A stretch of 64,000 bases of DNA from Azolla caroliniana (GCA_043228905.1 JBHGNT010000009.1:19654001-19718000), one strand, 5' to 3'. Counted from the first letter of the stretch, positions 28,101 to 42,716 are shown. Made by a program: numbers and translations. The notes: generated by a model from the sequence alone, not told the origin.

Positions 28101-31100
28101 TCCACTGGTGGTGTTAACAGTGTGAGCCATTGCGCCATCGCTGACCATATTTTCCTTCCATCCTTCCCTCTTACCGGGTCGATGGCCACGCGCAATCTGT
28201 CAGCGATCAGCACCGACCAGTCCACTTGTAGACCTTCATATGTGGCGATAATGAACCCGGCTCCGTTCCTAGGCATTGCCGAGGGTCGAGGGTAACATGG
28301 CCATACTCATGCAGTACACGAGCAATGTCTTGAAATAAGCCATCCTCGCCACCCTGTGTGCGATATGCCTTGTTGGCCAGAGAATACTCACCAAAGTATT
28401 TCGTGAGCTGCTCCGGGGTAGGGTTGTCAACGGTGAAGATGCCGCCCTCGGGTAGGCCCGTCAGGGCACGGATGGCCTCCTTTGTGATTACTTCTGTGTC
28501 GATGGCTTTGACAACCCTTTCTGCCTCTTTGTGTGGTGGTGCCTCCATGATCCTCAAGAATCCTTCCAATCCGTGTTGCTTTAACCACTTCTTGGCTGCC
28601 TCAGAGAGTGTCATGCAGTCCATTTCTCCTTCTGAGTCGGTGGTTGCCTGTGAGGTAGGCGCGTTAGGGGGCTCTGGGTGCTCGTGTCTGATTATCTTCA
28701 ATCGCCTGTGTGCGTTTGCAATTCTCTATTCGCGAAATGAGAAGGCCTCCATGCGGTGTAGGTTTTCTTTCTGCATGTTCGTGCCTTTCTCGATTCTTGC
28801 GCATGCGCACGTCGTGTACTATAATGGCAATGAAGTGCCATGTGGCGGCGTTTTAATGCGCTATAAATAGCCTACTACTTGGCTTTTCAAAGTGCCCGTT
28901 CACCCCTCCTTTTCATTGCATGTGGTCGTTTGCTCCTCGCCATCGCATAGTTTGGGTTTGATTTGATTTGATTTGATTTTAATTCGATCTTGTTCATATG
29001 TATCCGGCCCAAACAGACCCTTCTCCGGATTGTGCTTGCCGATTGCATGACCGGTTATCATCTCGTCGTGCTTACCGGTGTCCGGTGCGGTGTTAGCCTT
29101 TGTCTGCTCAAACGGGTTCCTTGGCATGGGTCCATAGTATGGTTTGAGTCGAAACCCATTCACCCATTTACCCATAACTTCGCCGGCGAGTGTCCCTAGC
29201 TGGTAAGAACCGTTGAACTCTCGTGTAATCCAATATGGTTCAGTCCACTGAAACCATTGCTTCCCCGACATCTTACCCATCCGGGTCTGGAATACAAGTA
29301 TTGGCTTGCCGATCCCGAACCTTTTTTCGTTACCTTTCCGGTGTCGATTGATGAACGCTTTCCTTCTCCATTGCTCCAGTTCCATGTGCATCAGGCTGGG
29401 TATCCGGTGTTCCTCCAGTTCGCATAGTGCTGCTAGCCGGATGGTTTCCGACTCCTTCTCGTTCAGGCATTCCCTAACCTGTAACCGCAAACTAGGAACC
29501 TGGAATTCTATCGGCATTACCGCTTCCAATCCGAATGCCAATCGGAAAGGCGTTGTCTAGATACTTGTCTTATATGCTGTCCGGTAGGCCCAGAGTGCAC
29601 TGTGTAGCTTTGTATCCCAATCCGTCCAGGTTCTCATTGACAATTCGGCTAATTCGTTGGCTTATTTGTTTTGTAGTGTCTTATTTGTGGAGTCTTATTT
29701 GTGGATTTGGCTAATTCGTTGGCTTGCGGATAATATGGAGTGCTTCGCTTGTGCACCACCGCATAGAATGTCGTCAAGCTTTCCACCACTTGTCCTAGGA
29801 AATGCCCACCTTGATCGCTGATTAGCTCGATCGGACATCCATACCGGCACCAGATATATTCATATAAAAACTTTGCCATGGATGCCGCGGTGTTGTCACG
29901 TAGTGCTTTGGTCTCCACCCACTTGGTGCAGTAGTCCGTAACGACAATCACGTATCGGTTGCCGGTTCTCATTGCGGGTGGTTTAAATGGGCCGACGAAG
30001 TCCAACCCTCATTTCTGAAATGGTTCCAATGGCAGCACCGGCTGGTGAGGCATTCTTGCCTGTTCCGTTGGTTGGCCCATCCGTTGACACAAATCGCATT
30101 CTTTAGCTTATCGGACGTCGTCTTTTAATGTTGTTGGCCACCATAGGCCACTCTACCATATTTTCCTTGCCGTAGCGTCCCCAACATAATGCCCTCTGGC
30201 AACGCCGCAGTGTGCTTCACGCAGTATTTGGTCTTTTTTGTCGCTGCGCACCGCGCGCCGCCATTTGCCATCCGCGCCTTTATGGTACAATGTGTCCTGT
30301 AGTAGGCAGAAGTGCCGGCTTTGTACTGCTAATCTTTTCCGCTTATCTCTGTTCATCTCCTCTGGAGGTAATCCAATGCTCAGGAATTGGTGCATGTTAG
30401 TGAGCCACTTGTCCTCCTCGGCGATCGTACCATCTGTTGCTGTTTTGACTATGACCCTAAACAAGTCTACATCCGGAAATTCTTCTGCAACTTCGTCACC
30501 AGTTTCTCCGGAGTCTAACCGGCTCAAATAATCCGCAACCGCATGTTGTATGCCTGGCCGGTGAAATATCTCGAACTCAAATTCCTGTAATAATAGCGTC
30601 CACCGGGCCAGCTTACCTGTGAATGATGCTTTCGAGACCAAGTAAAGTAGTGCCGAATGATCTACATGAAAGGAAAATTTCCTCCCCAACAGATAGTGTT
30701 CGAACTTGGTGACGCTATAGATCATGCCCAAGGCTTCTCTTTCCGTTGTAGAGTAATTACATTCCGCCTGGGACAGCTTACGACTGACATAATACACAGG
30801 CTCGTACCACTTGGGTTCGGTAAGCTGCATTAATGCACTCCCTATTGCTATGTCGGATGCATCTACAAATACGTGGAATTCATTAGACCAATCCGGAGGT
30901 TGCACCACCGGTGCTTGTGATAGTAGTACTTTTAATGCCCGGTAAGCCTTCTCTTTTGTGTCCGTCCATTGAAACGGTGTCCGATGCACCGCGGCATGCA
31001 ATGGTGTGGCCAGGTCTGCTAGATACTGGAGCATCCGGCTATGCCACCGGATTTGTCCTAGGAACCGACTCAATGCTTTCGCCGTGGTGGGTGCCGGTGC

Positions 31101-33614
31101 CTCCAAAATTGCTTTGACCTTGTCCTGGTCTACTGCAATACCATCTTTGCTAACGATGTGGCCTAGTAGTGCACCGCTTGACACACCGAACACGCATTTC
31201 GCCGGGTTAAGGCTTAACCGGTAAACCCTACATTTCTCAAGACATAGTCGGAAGTACTGGAGGTGTTCCCCTTCCTGGCTGTACACGACGAAATCGTCTA
31301 GGAACACCTGCATGAATGTTGGAATAAATTCTTCGAAAATCTCCATGATTATTCACTGAAAGGTTGCTGACGCCGTTTTAAGTCTGAACATGATGACTAT
31401 GGCGACAAAGACTCCCCATTCGGTAACATAAGCGGTTTTCTCCTGGTCATCAGGGTGCATTCGGATCTGATTGTAGCTGCTGAACTCGTCCAGGAAACTA
31501 TAAACTTCGTGACCGGCTACGGCATCCAGGACTCCATCCGTAAAAGGGAGTGGGAAGGCGTCGGTTACCGTTGCCGCATTCAATTTCCGGTAGTCGACAC
31601 ATACCCGAATTTTTCCGTTCTTTTTCGATACGACGACTATCGGGCTCAGCCATGTCACCTTTTTGACCGGTCGGATGAACCCTACTCGTAACAAATTGTC
31701 GATTTCGTCCTTTACGTTTGTTGCATAGTTAGGAATCATCCGGTAGCGTCGTTGCGCCACCGGCTTGGCATCCTTACTCAGATGTATCTGGTGTTGATAC
31801 AACTGAGGATCTAGCCCCCGCATGTCCTCGTAAGACCACGTGAACACGTCCCGGAACTCCTTTAATAAGGTGATCGTTGCCGTCTTCCTTTCGGGAGTCA
31901 TTTCTTTGGCGATGTGAACCGGTCTTGCATCTTCTGCGGTGCCTAGGTTTACCTCTTCCAAGTGAGAGGCTTTTATGCGTTGGGATACTGCCAATTTCTT
32001 CTCCAAAGCTTCCTGCGCGTGTCGTAACTCTCTGATGGCTTCTTTATCTGGTTCTTCATCGGCATCCTCCGGTTGTATTATATATGGTGCCACTGCTTCG
32101 GCGACATCAACTTCAAATAAGGGTACAATTTTTGGATTTTCTTGTAAGTAATGATCGACCCCTTCATCAACCAATCCTTCAAGCATGTTGACACATTCCC
32201 CATACAACGGTGTCAGCTCCTTGCCGGTACTCGAACGTGGTTGTGTAGGTACTCGTACTTTCGCTTTGCCGCGCCGGAAAGTGATTATGTTTTTCCGCTA
32301 GTTTTGCTTGATGTGCGTTGTTTTTAACCATGGTCGGCCCAACAACAGTGGGTATGCCCCTTGTGCATTGAGCTGGAGGACTACTGCTGAAATGCGGAAT
32401 GCGTGACCTCCGATAGTCACTTCCAAATCTCATATCAAGCCGGTAGGTCTTACTGAACTTGTGTCCGCCATCCGGAGCCAAAACGGGCACGACTCCCAGT
32501 CCTGGATTCCCAGGGTATTACAAGTTCGGAGGCTTATCACATTCACGCCAGATCCTCCGTCTATAATCGTTCTGGGTAGCTCTCGTCCCTTGACGATGGT
32601 TGTGATAGCCAGACTGCTCGTGTCCACTACCGTCGGTCCTTCCTCCGGATTAGAAAAGAATGACGGAGCCGGTGGCGTGCCGACCGCAATCATTCTTGTC
32701 TTCAGTCCTTCCATAAACCGAGGTACTAACTGCAATAGCCGACCTAATGGCAACGTGATTTGGCATTCTTGCAACGCCTGCCATGTTGGGTTTTCCGCCT
32801 GGCTATTGCCCGTGGGCTCCTCTAGATTCTCCTTTTGTTGCTCCAGTTCTGCCACATTCTGCTCGTTTGCCTTCTTTACCCATTCGGTGGCCTGCTTTCG
32901 GATGGCTTCTTGGGTTTCCCACTCCGTTGCTTTTCCTTTTTCCCTCGTGGTCACTTGTTGTATGTCCGCGAACTCCGCTACCACCATGTTTACCACTGGT
33001 CGCTTATCGTAGCTTTTCGCCGGACATTGGTTACTGTAGTGTCCCTCTTGTCGGCAATAGTAGCAGTATGCCTTCCGGGTGTTGTTGGATTCTGCTTTCG
33101 CCCCGGCACCTGGTTGAGGTCTTGTGGTAAGTGCTTGGCCTTGGTCCGGTTGGTTGCTTGATGTACCTTGTTCCGGCTCCCGTTGGTGACCTGCCTTTTT
33201 ATTGAAATGCCGTTTTTTGTTGAAATGCTTTTTTTTCCGGAAATCTGAGCCGGTCGTCGTACTTGCCATAGTCCTCCCTTTGGGGGTTGTAACTGGGGGA
33301 GTGATCCTGGTTGTATCGCTCATTCCGTTCCCTATTATAGTCCCGATATCTATCATATCTATCATACCGATCGCGGTCATAAGCGTTTCTTCGATCACCG
33401 TACCGGACGTCTTGTGTCGGCCGGTAACGCTCCTCTCACCGCCAACGCTGTTCTTCCTCCTCCTGGTTGCTCCGTAGTTCGATTTGCCAGACTGGTGGTG
33501 CTTGCTGATTCAGCAAGTTATACTCGCACCGATCCATTGTGTGGTTTCTAGAATGGCAAAGCAAGCATTGAGAACGCATGGTGCACTCCAACGCCGAATG
33601 TCCGACATTCAGTC
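25179..33614 (-). mobile_element. non-chromovirus Ty3/gypsy element (Athila/Tat-related), 5'-truncated, with an extra 3' ORF
   Basis: Minus strand: Zn knuckle CYYCRQEGHYSNQC, PR IIDGGSGVNVI, RT (CVDYRKLN, FLDD), RNase H (VDASD, EREALG), INT (DFVGPF, YYPQAN). 3' LTR at ~25179-25690 with TATA and a 104-bp internal duplication (25437-25644). Confidence 0.92.
25797..28701 (-). pseudogene. accessory post-pol ORF of the gypsy element, with a coiled coil and Q/E/P-rich tail
   Basis: Chain of same-strand ORFs (28207-28701, 27947-28276, 27641-27880, 26800-27300, 26083-26790), ending ...YILDED-stop near 25797. Confidence 0.7.
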
Positions 33615-36046
33615 TGTCATGATATGGCAAGACTCGAACCCATGACCTTATGCTACATGGGTCGAGCTCTTGACCATTAGATTATACATTGTAATACATA
33701 GAATATTATTTTCATTTATGTTTTATTATAGAAAATTGATGTATATTCCAGATTTCTTTGGAACATTCTAGAAACTTCAGGAGTATTCCTTAGAACACTA
33801 TAAAAGGAGGCACAAGGCATTATTTCGAACCAAATCGGTTCAACGCCAGTCTTAAGCCTCCTAGTTACTGTACATTTTCTTCACATAATATATATCTTTT
33901 CTTATCATCACTCACTCTCTCTCTCTCTCTCTCTCCCTCCCTCCCACTCACTCTTTCCTTCTCTCGAGAGTTCTTTACCTCTCTTAGTACTAATACTTCT
34001 TTTAGTACTAAGTCCTTCTCTGTCTTAGTACTGTTCCTGGAGATTTCGAATGCCGCCATGGGTACCGATCTACAATTTGTCACCAACCGAGCTGGAAGTC
34101 CTTCAGGCCTATATAGAGGAGAATTTGGAAAATGGTTTCATTCGGCATTCGAAATCTCCAGCTGGTGTGCCCATTTTCTTCGTCAAGAAAAAGGATGGAT
34201 CGCTTCGTCTCGTTGTAGATTACCGTAGCCTGAATAAGGTTACAATCAGGAATAGGTATGCTCTTCCCCTTATCTCAAGTCTTTTAGAACGGATCAATGG
34301 TGCCAGGTTCTTCATGAAGATCGACTTACGGGGAGCATATAACCTCGTACGGATCTGACCAGGAGACGAATGGAAGACCGCGTTTCGCACCAGATATGGG
34401 CACTTCGAGTATACGGTCATGCCGTTCGGCCTCAGTAATGCGCCGACAGTCTTTCAGCACATGGCTAATGATATATTCCGAGATCTTTTGGATGATTGTT
34501 TGATCATCTATTTGGATGATCTACTGGTTTATTCAAAGACCCAAGAAGAACATGATTCTCATGTACCATTAGTACTAAAACGACTTCGAGAACATGGTCT
34601 GTATGCAAAGCTGGAAAAATGTAGTTTCGGGTGCAACCAAGTGGAATTTCTCGGCTACATCATTTCGTCAGAAGGCATCTCCATGGACCCAGCTAAGGTC
34701 AAAACGGTGGTAGAATGGCAGACTCCGCGTTCGGTGCGGGATGTGCAATGCTTCCTAGGCTTTGCCAATTTTTACCGGAAGTTCATACAAGATTACTCAA
34801 AGATCGTTCTACCTCTCACACAACTTACCAGGAAGGGACAACCGTTCATCTGGTTTGAAGAAACGGACATGGCTTTCGAGAGTCTTAAAAAGGCATTTAC
34901 ATCAGCTCCAATTCTAGCTCATGTCGATCCGGAAAAACCATTCATTATCGAAGCTGACGCATCGGATTTTGCATTGGGGAGCATTCTGTCACAACAGGGG
35001 AATGATGAGAAGCTACATCCTGTGGCTTTTCTCTCACGCAAGTTTGACGCCGCCGAAATCAACTACGAAATTCATGATAAGGAGCTATTGGCAATAGTGG
35101 ATTCTTTTATGCAATGGAGGCATTTTCTGGAGGGATCCTCTCATCCGGTCACTGTATTTAGTGACCACAAGAACCTTGCCTACTTTCAGGATGCTCGTGT
35201 GTTGAATCGACGTCAAGCTCGGTGGGCCCACTTCCTCACACGTTTCGACTTCAAAATTACATATCGTCCGGGGAAGCACCAAGGGAAGGCAGATGCATTA
35301 TCACGGCGTTCGTATCTAGCACCCCGTCCCGGCGAGCCAACTTTTGATAACCAAAAACAAGTCATCTTGGGACTGGCACGACTACAAGCAACACAGATCT
35401 TTGACATGCCCATGGATTCCCGCGTTATCGATACCATACGCGAAGACTTGAAGACAGATGCGTTCGCCCAAGCTATACTAGCACAAATTGATCCCTCTCG
35501 AGCGTTGTGTTCACAGTCGCAACCACCAGGTACGGACTATCGACAATTCAAATACCATGATGGATTACTCTTCTTTATAGAACTTTTGTATGTTCCTAGT
35601 GGTTCTTGCCGCCTTCAAGTAGTACAAAACTGTCATGACACATATACAACTGGGAATTTTGGTAGTACTAAAACATTACATTTAGTACAACGATCATTCT
35701 GGTGGCCCTGTATGCGACAATTTGTCGAGGATTTTGTTCGGACTTGTGATACATGCTGTAGAGCGAAAATGCCAAGGCATCATCCATATGGTTTATTAGA
35801 ACCATTACCAATTCCAAGCAAGCCGTGGCAATCTATTGCTCTAGACTTCATAACAGATCTTCCAGTCTCTAAGGGGTTCAATGCGATTCGAACGGTGGTA
35901 ACGAAATGCCTAGTTTATGAAGAAACGAGACATTAATTTCCTAAGCCTAAGAATTTTTTTCATCTTCGTTTCGTTCAACGAATCACACGTAGGGATATCG
36001 ACAAAACGCATATACGACTATGCGTCGGGTGGGGTAAAACCGGTAG

Positions 36047-36584
<538 letters not shown>

Positions 36585-36667
36585 TAAAGTATATCCGAGC
36601 GGCAGGCACTGCTTAAATCCAGATTTAGGAGAATCTACCAAAACCTGTAGCGGATACTAAGAATCCT

Positions 36668-36751
36668 AATCGATTGTTTGACGGACGAACGGACGATCCT
36701 TTCGAGCAACCTGTTACGATTGGAAAGGCTTATACAATGAAATTGATCCAC
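36668..36751 (+). pseudogene. rpoB: plastid rpoB fragment (NUPT)
   Basis: [27 protein letters not shown]. Confidence 0.92.
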
Positions 36752-39700
36752 TCGATCGATATACGAAGATGGCTCATTTCTTGCCATGTACTAAGGAGAT
36801 CTCCAGTGAAGACACTGCCGAAATTGTCATGCGTGAAGTATGTCGGCATCATGGAATTCCCGATAGTATCATCAGCGAATGTGGACCCCAGTTCGTGTCA
36901 AAATTCTGGAAGCACCTTTTTAACATGCTGAAGGTCACTTGTAACCTCTCCTCCGGCTACCACCCACAAACCGACGGCCAAGCCGAATGAACCAATCAAA
37001 CGCTGGAGCAGTATCTGCGGTGCTTTCTCAGCTAGCATCAGGATGACTGGGCAGATATTCTCCATTTTATGCTTATACGGGATGTCACCCCCGGTGGTGT
37101 GTACTTGAAACCCTAGAGGTGTCCACAAATCCTTGCGCAGAAGATCGTTTGGAGAGGTTACGCAAGATACAAGCGGATGTATCTACTCACCTCCAAGAAG
37201 CTCAACAAACACACAAGGTTTATGCGGATCGTCATCGACTCCCATCTAGTTTTAACATTGGAGATCGGGTATGGCTACTCCGACGACACATCAAGACCAC
37301 TCGCCCATGCGAGAAGTTGGATTATCGGCGATTAGGTCCTTTCCGTATTATAGGAAATATTAATGATGTCGCTTTTCGTCTTGATCTACCTCCACAACTT
37401 CGGATACATCCGGTGTTTCATAGTTCTCTCCTCGAACCCTATCAAGAGAGCACCATCCCAGGGCGTATTACACAGCCTCCACCCCCGATCGAGCTTGAAG
37501 ATGGACCTGAGTACGAGGTTGCTGCCATCCTTGATTCCAAGCTTGTTCGCAACAAGCTCTACTATCTAGTCGATTGGCTAGGATATAGTCCCAACGAGCG
37601 TACTTGGGAACCGATAGAGAATGTCACCAATGCTCGTGCTCTTCTTGAAGACTTCCATCGTCAATATCCAGACAAACCGGGTCCTCAATCCGAAACGACT
37701 CGTTACACTCGTCGTTTTGAAGGGGGGATAGTGTCATGATATGGCAAGACTCGAACCCATGACCTTATGCTACATGGGTCGAGCTCTTGACCATTAGACT
37801 ATACATTGTAATACGTAGAATATTATTTTCATTTATGTTTTATTATAGAAAATTGATGTATATTCCAGATTTCTCTGGAACATTCTAGAAACTTCAGGAG
37901 TATTCCTTAGAACACTATAAAAGGAGGCACAATGCATTATTTCGAACCAAATCGGTTCAACGCCAGTCTTAAGCCTCCTAGTTACTGTACATTTTCTTCA
38001 CATAATATATATCTTTTCTTATCATCACTCTCTCTCTCTCTTGATCTCTCTGTCCCTCCCTCTCACTCACTCTTTCCTTCTCTCGAGAGTTGTTCACCTC
38101 TCTTAGTACTAATACTTCTTTTAGTACTAATTCCTTCTCTGTCTTAGTACTGTTCCTAACATCCGCAAGGTGCTGAAACGCTTCAACATAGAGAACGCGA
38201 AGCCAACACCGACACCGCTTATGACGTCGATAAGACTATCGGATAGAGACACTCCTACAATAGACAAGGAGAGAGAGCTTAATGGAAAGATACTCTATGC
38301 ATCGGCAGTAGGAAGTATCATGTACGCAATGGTGGCGACTGAACCTGACCTAGCCTATGCTGTAGGGGTGGTTAGCCGGTACATGTCAAACCATGGAAAG
38401 AAGCATTTAGAGGCCGTCAAGCACATCGTTAGGTATCTGAAAGGAACCATGGATGCACAATTGACTTTTGGATTGACAACCTCAGCCGAAGTCGAAGGCT
38501 ACACCAATTTCGACTAAGCTGGAAATACAGATAATCGGAAATTGACATTAGGCTACATATTCACCTATGGTGGCGGTGCGATATCATGGAGGTCGAAATT
38601 TCATGAGTGCACGGATCTGTCTACCATAGAAGCCGAGTATATAGCAGCATCGGAAGCCGCGAAGGAAGCGATCTGGCTGCACCGACTGACTGCGGACTTC
38701 GGAACTGCAAACCTAATAGACCGACCAATGACGACTATCTATTGCGACTCACAGAGCGCAATACACCCCATCAACAATCCTGGCTACCATGCGAAGATGA
38801 ACCACATTGAGGTGCGGTATCATCATATCCGGGAGCTCGTGATCGAGAAGAAACTTGAAGTCCGGAAGATCGATACCGAGGTGAACATCGCCGATTGCCT
38901 GAAGAAGCCACTCCCAGTTCAACGCTTCGGAACGCTAAGGACGAAGATGGGGCTACGACAAGCGACCGAGCAGAAGAAAGCAGAACGAGGAGCAAAAGGA
39001 AAGAGCTGATTGACACTCATATTGTACCTCTACCGACTCTGCTACTTGCCGACAGATTTGTAACATAAGATGTAGTTAAATTTGTAATCTAGGTTTACGG
39101 GGGAGATAACCCCAAGCACAAGTGTACATGCAAGAAAGAGTAGTCCTTTTATGGGGGAGTTTGTTGGCATAAAAGGCCGACTCCTTCCAAATTGTATCCA
39201 TCCGAGTGTGAACTCGTTAGTAAGTTAGGGTTTAGTATATAAGCGAATACCTGACATTGTAATAAGACGACGATGACGATGAGCAAAGCATAGTATCTCT
39301 GAGAAAGAATGAAATAGTAAGAAGCTTTCCATTAAAGCTCCATATGTGTAAGTCTTCACGCCTATTCTATTTTCTGTATGTGTTGTTTGCTGTCCAATAC
39401 CGACTACAGATCCATACACGTTTCTGCACATAACACTCGTAACCACACCCCTTAGATTATAGCCCCCCCAAACACAATTGCGAGTGATACTTCAAGCTAG
39501 GATATTGAACCACACCCACAAGATGACTTGAAATGGCTAGGAATATGAAACAAGATACTAGACAAAATAAAGGTACATATACCGGCAATACAAAATAATA
39601 GAGCACCAACGACCTCAATCTCTTTTCCATTATTGCTCCTGACACAGGAAACCTCGTCCAAGTCCAAGATTTGAGATACGCTATGTAGTCAAGCAACATT

Positions 39701-40046
39701 TATTTATAACAGGAATAAGATATGAAAAACTCATGAACAGATTAAAGAAGAAATGGAATAACATAGAATTCTGGTGTACCATGAATAAAGAGGAACCTCA
39801 TCTCTGCCACATTCAATTGTGCACTATCATAAACACTCAGTTAAATCCGGGCTTCTATTATTTCTATGGGAAATAGGAAAGGGCTATTGACGCTCACTAT
39901 ATAGCCCACAAACTCCACTTATGGATCTGGACCACCATTCCATTGGTGAAAATGATTGGATGTCTAAATGGTGAGTGCTCCTAACACACGGTTTGTTGTG
40001 CAAAGCATCAGGAACACTTGGTAATATCCCACCCCCTTCCACGGCC

Positions 40047-40190
40047 ATGAATGTCATAACATGGAATATGCAAGGGCTTAGGAGTTGACTTCACCAACAA
40101 AATAGATGGAAACTAAGAAGGGATCTTAAGGAGTACATATTAAGTGGTGTTGCTCACATCATCATGTTGTAGGAACACCATCTCAATAGT
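40047..40190 (+). pseudogene. LINE ORF2 APE endonuclease N-terminus, cut off by the tRNA array
   Basis: MNVITWNMQGL...IIML*EHHL fits the WNVRGL...LQET motif pair. Confidence 0.7.
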
Positions 40191-40326
40191 GCCCATTTAA
40201 AGAAAGACGGAGAATGCATATAACATCGTAGTTACTTTTGAGGACGTATTTTGTTTCCTCCTAATTTCATTTGCGTCCAATTGGATACCTGAGAAGTGAC
40301 ATAGAATATCGTTTATATATGATGAT

Positions 40327-40394
40327 GCATTGGTGGTCTAGTGGTAAAACAATACCTTGCCACGGTATAGACTCGTCGATTCCCGGACAATGCA
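40327..40394 (+). pseudogene. tRNA-Gly(GCC) pseudogene (A0)
   Basis: T-arm deletion and several substitutions. Confidence 0.85.
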
Positions 40395-40693
40395 CAGACC
40401 AAAATTTGCAAACCCTTTTTTCAGAATATGAATCCCTTCATGTAATATGTGATGTAACATTAAATATGATAAGTCTCTACTATCTTTAAAGACCACAACT
40501 GTTAAATTAACTATATGGCTCTCGCTTCTTGTGCTAAAGTAATTTCTGTTATGCTCGTGATTTTTCTACAATAACAATATTCTGGCAAAGGCCAACCTAA
40601 GATGGTGATTGTTGAGAAATAGTTAGGATAGCCATTTCGAATACCATAGTCTTCTTAAAAGAGAATTACCATGATTCTTATCACATGGTGCAT

Positions 40694-40764
40694 GCATTGG
40701 TAGTTTACTGGTAGAATAGTGCCCTCCCACGGTACAGACTCGGGTTCAATTCTAAGCCAATGCA
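40694..40764 (+). tRNA. tRNA-Gly(CCC)-like (B0), probably pseudo
   Basis: Loop CT-CCC-AC; T stem broken (CTAAG). Confidence 0.6.
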
Positions 40765-41060
40765 ATGATCAAAGCATATGAGTTCTATATTGGGAGAGAA
40801 AATTCCCTCACATATGATGTGAGACAATTTTCGACATCAAGAATCGTGAAAGACCTTAAATTTTGGTGTAACAAAGAGAAATAAAAGGAGTATGTATGCA
40901 TATAACGTCGTAGTTACTTCTGAGGACGTATATTGTTTCATCCTAAATTCATTTGCGTCCAAGAGTAACACAACAATATATAAACTATATATTTTTTAAC
41001 GTATCTATCCAGTTAGATACTTGAGAGGTGAACGAGAATATCGAGATTATATTTGCTCAT

Positions 41061-41131
41061 GCATTGGTGGTCTAGTGGTAGAATAGTACCCTGCCACGTT
41101 ACAGACCCGGGTTCGATTCCCGACCAATGCA
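41061..41131 (+). tRNA. tRNA-Gly(GCC) (A1), with stem mismatches
   Basis: Two substitutions versus consensus, in the anticodon stem and T stem. Confidence 0.7.
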
Positions 41132-41541
41132 CTGACAAAAATTTGCAAACCATTTTATCAGAATATGAATCCCTTCATGTAATATGTGATGTAAGATTGA
41201 ATATGATAAGTCTCCACTATCTTTAAAGACCACAACTGTTAAATTAACTATATGGCTCTCGCTTCTTGTGGTAAAGTAATTTCTGTTATGTTCGTGTTTT
41301 TTCTACAATAACAATATTCTGACAAAGGCCAACCTAAGATGGCGATTATTGAGAAATAGTTAGGATAGCCATTTCGAATACCATAGTCTTCCTAAAAGAG
41401 AATTACCATGTTTCTGCAATAACAATATTCTGACAAAGGCGAACCTAAGATGGTCATTGTTGAGAAATAGTTAGGATAGCCATTTCGAATACCATAGTCA
41501 TCTTAAAAGAAAATTACCATGGTTCTCGTCATATGGTGCAT

Positions 41542-41612
41542 GCATTGGTAGTTTAGTGGTAGAATAGTGCCCTCCCACGGTACAGAGTCGGGTTCAATTC
41601 TCGGCCAATGCA
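41542..41612 (+). tRNA. tRNA-Gly(CCC)-like (B1)
   Basis: Cloverleaf retained; one variable-loop change. Confidence 0.7.
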
Positions 41613-41908
41613 ATGATCAAAACATATGAGTTCTATATTGGGAGAGAAAATTCCCTCACATATGATGTGAGACAATTTTCAACATCAAGAATCGGGTAAG
41701 ACCTTAAATTTTGGTGTAACAAAGAGAAATAAAAGGAGTATGTATGCATATAACGTCGTAGTTACTTCTGAGGACGTATTTGGTTTCCTCCTAAATTCAT
41801 TTGCATCCAAGAGTAACACAACAATATATAAACTATTTATTTTCTAACGTATATATCCAGTTAGATACTTGAGAAGTGAACGAGAATATGGAGTTTATAT
41901 TTGCTCAT

Positions 41909-41979
41909 GCATTGGTGGTCTAGTGGTAGAATAGTACCCTGCCACGGTACAGACCCGGGTTCGATTCCCGGCCAATGCA
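41909..41979 (+). tRNA. tRNA-Gly(GCC) (A2)
   Basis: Consensus GCATTGG...CT-GCC-AC...CCAATGCA; A and B boxes; T6 about 20 nt downstream. Confidence 0.95.
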
Positions 41980-42278
41980 TTGACCAAAATTTGCAAACGG
42001 TTTTTTCAGAATATGAGTCCCTTCATGTAATATGTGATGCAAGATTGAATATGATAAGTCTCCACTATCTTTAAAGACCACAACTATTAAATTAACTATA
42101 TGGCTCTCAGTTCTTGTGGTAAAGTAATTTCTGTTATGTTCGTGATTTTTCTATAATAACAATATTCTGATAAAGGCGAACCTAAGATGGGGATTGTTGA
42201 GAAATAGTTAGGATAACCAATTCGAATACCATAGTCTTCCTAAAAGAGAATTACCATGGTTCTTATCATATGGTGCAT

Positions 42279-42349
42279 GCATTGGTAGTTTAGTGGTAGA
42301 ATAGTGCTCTCCCATGGTACAGACTCGGGTTCAATTCTCGGCCAATGCA
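42279..42349 (+). tRNA. tRNA-Gly(CCC)-like (B2)
   Basis: GTGCT-CT-CCC-AT-GGTAC; weakened anticodon stem. Confidence 0.65.
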
Positions 42350-42645
42350 ATGATCAAAACATATGAGTTCTATATTGGGAGAGAAAATTCCCTCACATAT
42401 GATGTGAGAAAATTTTCGACATCAAGAATCGTGAAAGACCTTAAATTTTGGTGTAACAAAGAGAAATAAAAGGAGTATGTATGCATATAACGTCGTAGTT
42501 ACTTCTGAGGACGTATTTGGTTTCCTCCTAAATTCATTTGCGTCCACGAGTAACACAACAATATATAAACTATTTATTTTCTAACGTATATATCTAGTTA
42601 GATACTTGAGAAGTGAACGAGAATATGGAGTTTATATTTGCTCAT

Positions 42646-42716
42646 GCATTGGTGGTCTAGTGGTAGAATAGTACCCTGCCACGGTACAGACCCGGGTTCG
42701 ATTCCCGGCCAATGCA
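42646..42716 (+). tRNA. tRNA-Gly(GCC) (A3)
   Basis: Consensus copy. Confidence 0.95.

Noticed and set aside
42180-42245. Third tRNA-like relic in the spacer (TTCGAATACC resembling box B)
   Set aside because: No cloverleaf or acceptor stem could be formed.
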